Source: Candidatus Babeliales bacterium
GTDB lineage: Bacteria; Babelota; Babeliae; Babelales; JABDEC01
Length of the DNA: 64,000 nucleotides
NCBI GenBank assembly: GCA_031292305.1
Contig: JARLHJ010000012.1
Span: forward strand, 1 to 64,000
Reading direction: 5' to 3'
Numbering within the stretch: the first letter of the stretch is position 1; each line of letters starts with the position of its first letter. The position numbers and the translations under genes are program-made. Below the pieces are notes generated by a model that was given only the letters and a program-made list of their open reading frames with translations, did no database searches and was not told the DNA's origin. Positions 57,621 through 64,000 of the stretch are shown one piece after another.

Positions 57621-59809
57621 ACTAAATCTGTTGTTAAAAATTCTTTAAGAAACGTTTTGCGTTTAACGCTTTTGTTGTTTTTAATAGCCATAGCCATAGC
57701 TTTAACCTGTCCTATAAATATACACAATTTTTTTGCTCTTGTAATTGCAGTATATATTAAATTTCTTTGTAGCAATGCAAAATGCTGTGTAAATATAGGG
57801 ATTATAACAGCCTGGAATTCAGATCCTTGGCTTTTATGGATAGAAATAGCATAAGCCAATGTAATTTCATCTAATTCGTCAAAATCGTATTCAATTTCGC
57901 GTTCATAATATTTAATAAGAAGTTTTTTATCTTCAGTATTTATATTTTCTACGTTGCCAATATCGCCATTAAAAACTAATTTCTCATAGTTATTTTTGAT
58001 TTGCATTACGCGATCACCAATTTTATAAGTATAACCAAAATTAGAAACTTGTGGTCCTTCAGTTGGGGGATTTAAAATTGATTGTAATTGTATATTTAAG
58101 TTTTGTGTTCCAACAATTCCTTTATTCATAGGAACTAGCGTCATAGCTTGTGATGGTAGTATATGAAATTGTGCTAAAGTCTTGGCCATTATGCCTTTTA
58201 AATGATCTATTGCTTTTAATGGGTCTTCTTCTTTTATAAAGAAAAAATCTTTTTTAGTATCCGGTAAAAATGTAGTTGGAAATTCGCCTTTATTTATTCT
58301 ATGCGCGTTTAAAATAATTAAACTATTTTTTGCTTGTCTAAAAATTTGTACTAATTTAATGCAAGTTATTTTATTACTTTGTATTAAATCATTTAAAAAG
58401 TTGCCAGCACCTACTGCAGGTAATTGGTCTACATCACCTATTAAAATTAAATGTGCATTTAGTGGAATCGCTTTTAAAATAGAATTAGCCAAAAAAATAT
58501 CAATCATCGATGCTTCATCAATAATTAAGAAATCTAAGCTTAAGCTATTTTTTTCATTATGTGCAAAACCCATAGTCTTAAAATCAAATTCTAGCAATCT
58601 ATGAATTGTTAAAGCAAACCTTCCAGTGCTTTCCATCATACGCTTGGTTGCTCTTCCAGTTGGTGCTGCTAATTTATATTTAACTTTTTGTTCATCTAAA
58701 GTATTTAATAATTTTTTTATTAACGTTGTTTTACCTGTTCCAGGCCCACCTGTAATTATAGTTACTTTATTTCGCATGCAAGCTAGTATGCCTGCTTTTT
58801 GATCTTCGTTTAATTCTACGCCACTTGTGTCATTGTCTAAGCTTTGCGAAATTGCATTCATATCAAATCTATTTCCCTGATCCGCTTGGGATATATCTGC
58901 GGCGTGATAGGATAATAAATTCTGTATTTTTGTAGCTACATTTTTTTCTGAATGATAATATTTGCTTAATGTAACATAATGCTTATCTAGGTGAGTTAAC
59001 AATTTAATCTTATCTTCTTCATATAATTGGTGCATAGCCAATTTAAGTAAAGCTGCGTTTTCCGTTTGTTCTAATTCAAGCAGCATACAAGATTTATCTT
59101 TAAGTTCTTGCACTTCTACATATAGATGGCCATTGCCAACTTCAGAGGTGATAGCAAAAGTAATACCGGATTTAATACGTTTTACAGAATTTCTTTCAAT
59201 TCCCATCTTAAGTGCAATCTGATCAGCAGTTTTAAATCCGACACCCCAAATTTCATCAGCTATTCTATAAGGGTTTTCGGTCATCACCGCAATAGAATTT
59301 TGTTCATATTTTTTGTATATTTTAGTTGCATATGATGTTGATATTCCACGTTCTTGCAAGAATATCATAACATTAGAAATCTCACGTTGAGATTTAAAAG
59401 ATTCAATTATTTGTTCAACACGTCTTTGGCCTATTCCGCCAACTTCTTTTAGTCTGTCAGGCTCATTTTCTATAATTTCTAAGACAGATTGTCCAAAATG
59501 ATTAACCAGTCTTTCTGCATATTTTGGGCCTATGCCTTTAATTAAACCAGAACCCAGATATTTTTTAATTCCTAAGATACTTGTCGGAACAACATTAATA
59601 CATTGGGCGACTTCAAATTGTCGCCCAAATTTAGGATGAAAAATCCAATTTCCAGAAAGTAAAACTTCAGTTCCTGGTTGTAAGTTTGGAATGTAGCCTT
59701 TAGCTGTAATAAATTCATCAGTTTTAACTTGAATGTTAAAAATAACAAATCCATTATCATTATTTTGAAATAAAGTTTTTTCTACAGATCCGCGAAGTTC
59801 TACATTCAT
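57611..59809 (-). CDS. recD2: RecD2-type ATP-dependent 5'-3' DNA helicase (RecD-like/TraA family)
   Basis: N-terminal OB/HhH region. Walker A …ITGGPGTGKTT… and SF1 motifs (…LILIGDVDQLP…). C-terminal UvrD-like and SH3-like domain. 732 aa. Confidence 0.85.
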   Translation of the reverse strand: MNVELRGSVEKTLFQNNDNGFVIFNIQVKTDEFITAKGYIPNLQPGTEVLLSGNWIFHPKFGRQFEVAQCINVVPTSILGIKKYLGSGLIKGIGPKYAERLVNHFGQSVLEIIENEPDRLKEVGGIGQRRVEQIIESFKSQREISNVMIFLQERGISTSYATKIYKKYEQNSIAVMTENPYRIADEIWGVGFKTADQIALKMGIERNSVKRIKSGITFAITSEVGNGHLYVEVQELKDKSCMLLELEQTENAALLKLAMHQLYEEDKIKLLTHLDKHYVTLSKYYHSEKNVATKIQNLLSYHAADISQADQGNRFDMNAISQSLDNDTSGVELNEDQKAGILACMRNKVTIITGGPGTGKTTLIKKLLNTLDEQKVKYKLAAPTGRATKRMMESTGRFALTIHRLLEFDFKTMGFAHNEKNSLSLDFLIIDEASMIDIFLANSILKAIPLNAHLILIGDVDQLPAVGAGNFLNDLIQSNKITCIKLVQIFRQAKNSLIILNAHRINKGEFPTTFLPDTKKDFFFIKEEDPLKAIDHLKGIMAKTLAQFHILPSQAMTLVPMNKGIVGTQNLNIQLQSILNPPTEGPQVSNFGYTYKIGDRVMQIKNNYEKLVFNGDIGNVENINTEDKKLLIKYYEREIEYDFDELDEITLAYAISIHKSQGSEFQAVIIPIFTQHFALLQRNLIYTAITRAKKLCIFIGQVKAMAMAIKNNKSVKRKTFLKEFLTTDLVCR

Positions 59810-59815
59810 GTGATA

Positions 59816-60484
59816 TTATTTGCTATACTTTAATTTAAATTGTGCAAAAGCTTTTGGGCAGCTAAAAATTAAATCCCCTAAAAACATATTGACATGATTT
59901 AAAAATATATCAAATTCTTTCAAGCTTTTTACTTTAGTTGCAAACACTTCTTCTTCTTTTCCTAAAGGGGTGTTAATCCATTCAAAACATAAGCTTTTTT
60001 TAATTTTTCTTTTGTTAAATGATTGCTGTATCAAGTCAACCACTAAAGACTTTGTCCATGCAATTCGTTCAATAAATTCTTGAGTAGTATCTAAAAATTC
60101 TTTTTTTACAGCTTCTAAGGCAGTATGAATATCTTTAGATTTTGCAGCATTGGGTTCTTTATTCAATTCTTCTTCGAATTTAACTAAAGCGCCCATATCA
60201 TATCTTTTCCCATCAAAAAGATAATTGCCAACTCTTTGTTTGGTTTTTAGATCTAATTCTCCATATATCATATCTTTTATTTTTGATCTAACTAGGATAA
60301 TTTGCTTGATTGCAGTCGCATCAAGGGCATTAGTAATACCATCTAAACCTTGAATTTCACGGCCTATTAGTTTTACATAAGAATCGGGTTTTTTAGGTGC
60401 ATCAGCCAGTATAGGTAGTGATAATAATAACATGACAAAAATCAACGCTTGTTTCATGAATGCTCCTTTTATTAGTACATACAA
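59816..60484 (-). CDS. Hypothetical secreted protein (222 aa)
   Basis: Signal peptide (…MKQALIFVMLLLSLPILA…). No recognisable domain. Confidence 0.4.
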   Translation of the reverse strand: MYVLIKGAFMKQALIFVMLLLSLPILADAPKKPDSYVKLIGREIQGLDGITNALDATAIKQIILVRSKIKDMIYGELDLKTKQRVGNYLFDGKRYDMGALVKFEEELNKEPNAAKSKDIHTALEAVKKEFLDTTQEFIERIAWTKSLVVDLIQQSFNKRKIKKSLCFEWINTPLGKEEEVFATKVKSLKEFDIFLNHVNMFLGDLIFSCPKAFAQFKLKYSK

Positions 60485-60526
60485 TAACTCACGCTAAATT
60501 TTGCAAAATTAATTGGTTAAAAGCAA

Positions 60527-62140
60527 TTAAAAATTAATTTCAAAACGACCAGCAATAGTAAAATCTTTGCCAATACCTTTAGTAGCAATTGCATATTCTC
60601 CAAATAAAGACAGGCTCCAATCATAATCTTTTTGGATTTTATTATATCCAAAGCTTCCAAAAAGTTTATTTTGTACTGAACCAATATTTTGGCCTTTTGC
60701 AACTTTTAGATTTTTGCAAGGGTCTATGCCGCAAATTGATCCAATTTTTTCTTTTTGCTGCCACCAAGCATCATATCCAATATTAAAATCCCATTCACGT
60801 ATCCTAAAATTTGTTCCAATTGTAAATTGAACAGAATTTTTAGGAAAAATATCAGTCTTGTATAAACCAGGGAACAATGTTTCAACCAATGCTTGGTTTA
60901 ATTGTTTCATATCTTGGGTAGCAGCTTCTTCATTTCCGTCAGCAATATCTTTTTCAAATTTTGCCAGATCGAGATTTTTAATTTTTAAAAAGAATCTTTT
61001 TTCAACATGCGGGAATGTGTATTCATAAGATAAGTTTGAAAATATAGCAACGCCTTCTTGTATCTTTATTCTAGATTCAAAAAATAAACCAGCAGTAAAA
61101 TGTCTATGGTTTCCTAATGGACTATCTAGAACCATTGCTCCAAATCTATCTAGTGCATCAAAACCTATTGGTTTAAGTAATGCAATAAGTTCTTCTTTTG
61201 CTTCTTCATCTTCCATTAAAGCTTTGTTGCCCAAGCAAGATATTAATTTTAAATTTATTTTTGGTGTATTTAGATCGCCTCTAAAATCAGATCCCAGCAA
61301 TCCCTTTTTTAAGCAGAATGTAGTTGGTAATGTGGTTTGCATACCAAGTTTAGCGCAGAAATTAGAATCATGTATAAAAGGGAATGCTAAGCGTATTCTC
61401 ATATCCCCAAATCCAATTTTGTCACTTACCACATGCTGCAAAAATTCTTTTTCTATTGCTTTAGAGTCTACATCGCCACCGGGTGGTGTTAATTCTCTTT
61501 TTAAGTTGTATTCTTCTGCCTCAGTTGGACGTATGTTTCTTTCTTGATAAAAAAATGGAATATCAAATTCTAAGCTACAATGTTTGTAGTTCTTAAAAAT
61601 TTGAGTCATAATACCTACTCTTCTTTCTTCAAGTTTAATATTACCAACTAATTTTGATATTTTTTTAATTAGTGGAACTTGATCTACAGTAGTAAGACTT
61701 TTTTCAAGCTTATCAATTATGCATGGGGTATTTATAGTAATATAAGATCTAAGATGTGGGTGATTATTAGAATAAAATTCTTTAGTGCAAACATTGCCAA
61801 AAAGATTAAATTTTAATACAAGGTCTTGGCAAGCATGTTCTAAATGATAAAGATTAAAAATGGGCAATGTTGTAATTGGTCTTTTATTTACTTCATTGGT
61901 TTTTTGATATATATCACAATCTGACAATATTGATGCAGTTGGTGAACCAAATACCAAAATAGTTAATGCTTCTAAATTAGTTGTATCAGAACAAGGCGCA
62001 GGCCCATCGTTGTCTTTCTTTTCCAAAGAGGCTTTATCATCTGTGAAGCCTTCGAGTTCCTCAGCAAAATCACAAATTAATGGATTAAAAAATGAACACT
62101 GCATAAGCAATAATAGAATAATTTTTTTTATGGGTGACAT
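60527..62140 (-). CDS. Putative Cys-rich outer-membrane beta-barrel protein (537 aa) with C-terminal Phe
   Basis: Signal peptide. Alternating hydrophobic beta-strand pattern in the C-terminal half (…YDWSLSLFGEYAIATKGIGKDFTIAGRFEINF). The terminal aromatic residue is typical of BAM substrates. More than 12 Cys. Confidence 0.45.
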   Translation of the reverse strand: MSPIKKIILLLLMQCSFFNPLICDFAEELEGFTDDKASLEKKDNDGPAPCSDTTNLEALTILVFGSPTASILSDCDIYQKTNEVNKRPITTLPIFNLYHLEHACQDLVLKFNLFGNVCTKEFYSNNHPHLRSYITINTPCIIDKLEKSLTTVDQVPLIKKISKLVGNIKLEERRVGIMTQIFKNYKHCSLEFDIPFFYQERNIRPTEAEEYNLKRELTPPGGDVDSKAIEKEFLQHVVSDKIGFGDMRIRLAFPFIHDSNFCAKLGMQTTLPTTFCLKKGLLGSDFRGDLNTPKINLKLISCLGNKALMEDEEAKEELIALLKPIGFDALDRFGAMVLDSPLGNHRHFTAGLFFESRIKIQEGVAIFSNLSYEYTFPHVEKRFFLKIKNLDLAKFEKDIADGNEEAATQDMKQLNQALVETLFPGLYKTDIFPKNSVQFTIGTNFRIREWDFNIGYDAWWQQKEKIGSICGIDPCKNLKVAKGQNIGSVQNKLFGSFGYNKIQKDYDWSLSLFGEYAIATKGIGKDFTIAGRFEINF

Positions 62141-62301
62141 AATTTTCTTATATTAATTAAGGTTAATTTTATTAGGTAACACTATTGTAGCTTAATTTTT
62201 TCATATTTCAAATTAGCCCTAATTTTTAAATAATTAATATTTTTCTTGTAAAAAAGCTTTTAATTAGGCTAAAATAAGACTTAAGATTTAATAATCCTGT
62301 T

Positions 62302-62568
62302 ATGGAAAGGATTTTTATGGATATTGATGGGATTTTTGTAGTAAGAGCAGCGGCATTTTTAGGTGCAGCTTTTGTTATGGCTATTGGTAGTGTGGGTCCA
62401 GCTTTAGGTCAGGGTATGATTGGAAAGCAATCTTGCGAAAGTATTGGCAAGTACCCAGAAAGTTCAAGCAAAGTGCGAATAGCTATGATGATAGCATTAG
62501 CAATGGTAGAATCTTCAGCTGTTTTTTGTTTTTTAATAGCGTTGTTATTGATATTAACCGTTAAATGA
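62302..62568 (+). CDS. atpE: ATP synthase F0 subunit c
   Basis: Two-helix hairpin with a Gly-rich helix 1 (…FLGAAFVMAIGSVGPALGQG…) and helix 2 with the conserved acidic residue (…IAMMIALAMVESSAVF…). The true start may be the second Met (MDIDG…). Confidence 0.8.
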   Translation: MERIFMDIDGIFVVRAAAFLGAAFVMAIGSVGPALGQGMIGKQSCESIGKYPESSSKVRIAMMIALAMVESSAVFCFLIALLLILTVK

Positions 62569-62569
62569 C

Positions 62570-62938
62570 ATGACGATTAATTTTACAATAATTATACAAG
62601 CTATTCATTTTTTTTTAGCTTATTTAATTATAACAAGGTTTTTTATAAAGCCTGCGCTCGATATTATTGTACTGCAAGAAAAGCAGGACCGAGAATTATT
62701 GAGGCAATTAGATTTGTATACTAAAAAATATGAGGAAAAAAATAAAAATAAGCTGGATTTATGGAAAGAAAGTTTAATTAAATTTTCTTTTTATAAATCT
62801 GATATAGATAAAACCAAAAATAAAATTCAAGTAAATTGGGAAGTTCCCAAAGTTTGCGAGCCATCAGATTTTTTAATCAATTCATTAAAAAAAGAAACTT
62901 TAAGTTTTTTAAAGGATAAAATAAGTCATGTTCAATAA
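62570..62938 (+). CDS. ATP synthase F0 subunit b-type (b')
   Basis: Single N-terminal TM followed by a charged helical stalk. It is immediately downstream of atpE and overlaps the next b-type gene by 11 nt. Confidence 0.5.
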   Translation: MTINFTIIIQAIHFFLAYLIITRFFIKPALDIIVLQEKQDRELLRQLDLYTKKYEEKNKNKLDLWKESLIKFSFYKSDIDKTKNKIQVNWEVPKVCEPSDFLINSLKKETLSFLKDKISHVQ

Positions 62939-63422
62939 TATGAGTTATTTGTCTATTTTTTTTAGGTTATTTAATTTTGCAATTATTATGGGTATTTTTT
63001 ACTATATTTTTAAGAAATATATTAAAGAAGGCATAATGAAACAAATTAATGATCGTATCGAATATTTAAAAAATATTAAGGATGAGCAAATAGCACTTAT
63101 AGAAAATGCAAAACAACTTGATATAGATATAAACCAGCAGAATAAACTTACTCAAGATTTATTATATAAATTAGATAGATGGAAATCTGTAATTCAAACG
63201 GAACAAGAAGATAAATTAAAAAAACTTGATTCTATAAAAGTTGATATTCAAAATAAACAAGCAATTAAAAATAATCTTTTATCGCAAAAAATTGTTTATA
63301 GCCATGTGATACCTCAAATTATAGAAGATAATAAAATTGAAATATTAAAAGAATTTTCAGATAATAAAGAGGCTGTTAGATATCAAAAAGATATTATTGC
63401 ATTTATAAAGAAAAGCCTATGA
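62928..63422 (+). CDS. atpF: ATP synthase F0 subunit b
   Basis: N-terminal TM (…FNFAIIMGIFYYIF…), then a long amphipathic helix. It overlaps atpH by 4 nt (ATGA). Confidence 0.6.
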   Translation: MFNNMSYLSIFFRLFNFAIIMGIFYYIFKKYIKEGIMKQINDRIEYLKNIKDEQIALIENAKQLDIDINQQNKLTQDLLYKLDRWKSVIQTEQEDKLKKLDSIKVDIQNKQAIKNNLLSQKIVYSHVIPQIIEDNKIEILKEFSDNKEAVRYQKDIIAFIKKSL

Positions 63423-63967
63423 ATATTAAAGATTCAATCATTGCAAAAAGGTATGCAGTAGCATATTTGAATTTATCTTTAGAAAAGTTGGATAATGAAG
63501 ACTTATTAAAAATTCGTGGAGCCTATGATTTTTTATTAAATAACAGGCAAGCCTTTTTTTTATTAACTTTGCCAAATATATCTTTATCTGATAAAACATA
63601 TTTAATAGATGTTTTTTTAAAAAAATTTAATTTATCTATTTATTTAAAAGATTTATTTTTATTATTAGTAGAGCAAAATAGAATTTATCTTGTAAAAGAT
63701 GTTTTGAAGGCAATTATAACCATTTATCAAGTAAGAAGAAATATTATGATATTTGATATATCAAGTTCTGATTCTTTAGATAAAAATGATATAGATGTTA
63801 TTTCAAAATTTTTGTATAAAAATACAAAGAATGAAATTTTACCGCTTTATAAGATAGATAAAAGTCTTATAGCAGGTATAAAGTTGCAAAGCGGATCTTT
63901 TTTATGGGAATATTCTATTAAAAAACAATTGGCCAGCACAAAAAAATTATTATATAAATTAAGGTAA
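63419..63967 (+). CDS. atpH: ATP synthase F1 delta subunit (OSCP)
   Basis: The N-terminal …IAKRYAVAYLNL… pattern resembles delta (…ARPYAKALF…). Operon position after b. 182 aa. Confidence 0.6.
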   Translation: MNIKDSIIAKRYAVAYLNLSLEKLDNEDLLKIRGAYDFLLNNRQAFFLLTLPNISLSDKTYLIDVFLKKFNLSIYLKDLFLLLVEQNRIYLVKDVLKAIITIYQVRRNIMIFDISSSDSLDKNDIDVISKFLYKNTKNEILPLYKIDKSLIAGIKLQSGSFLWEYSIKKQLASTKKLLYKLR

Positions 63968-63978
63968 AAAACCCTAAA

Positions 63979-64000
63979 ATGGAAATAAAAAATACAGATC
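63979..64000 (+). CDS. Start of the next ATP synthase gene (probably alpha subunit), truncated by the window edge
   Basis: ATG GAA ATA AAA AAT ACA GAT… (MEIKNTD) 11 nt after the atpH stop. The call rests on operon order only. Confidence 0.3.

Noticed and set aside
1-64000. CRISPR arrays, rRNA genes, transposases/integrases, prophage modules
   Set aside because: I found no short direct-repeat/spacer arrays, no rRNA-like conserved blocks, and no recognisable recombinase, transposase or phage structural proteins. The repeats present are coding repeats and terminator hairpins.

Overview
This is a low-GC (about 30%) bacterial chromosomal segment with bacterial Shine-Dalgarno sites, rho-independent terminators and the standard genetic code. 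Coding is dense and uses both strands. The gene content suggests a host-associated or intracellular lifestyle: many small signal-peptide proteins with no recognisable family, WD40 and TolB-like beta-propeller proteins, and eukaryote-like low-complexity RGG/Asn-rich proteins. Housekeeping genes I recognise are leuS, an rluD-like pseudouridine synthase, mgtE, mscL, a DEAD-box RNA helicase, dps, an Fe/Mn superoxide dismutase, rarA, a transaldolase/FSA-type aldolase, a RecD2-type helicase, an RlmM-like rRNA methyltransferase, and the first genes of the F0F1 ATP synthase operon (c, b', b, delta, then the start of alpha). A tRNA-Lys(UUU) and tRNA-Glu(UUC) pair sits at 8.1-8.4 kb. Other families I can support are a TamB/AsmA-like protein, an NfeD-flotillin pair, BI-1/YccA, an NADPH-dependent FMN reductase, DJ-1/PfpI, a stand-alone LigD 3'-phosphoesterase domain, a DUF378 protein, an HdeD-like protein, an MscK/KefA-like mechanosensitive channel (1203 aa) and a GT28-type glycosyltransferase. 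I found no rRNA, CRISPR array, transposase or integrase. The items most worth a second look are: (1) a tandem pair of large secreted paralogs at 51.6-55.8 kb built from an unrecognised, internally triplicated roughly 110-aa domain with Pro/Thr/Ala/Val linkers and a Lys/Pro-rich tail; (2) a Cys-rich secreted-protein gene interrupted by an in-frame TAA at 23.39 kb; (3) two adjacent highly repetitive low-complexity secreted proteins (RGG/NRN-rich and N/R/W/Y-rich) at 25.5-27.7 kb; (4) a 38-aa duplicated-CxxC micropeptide inside a cluster of small membrane proteins at 34.5-36.1 kb; (5) a roughly 50-bp promoter-like direct repeat flanking a small secreted-protein gene and lying just upstream of mgtE.
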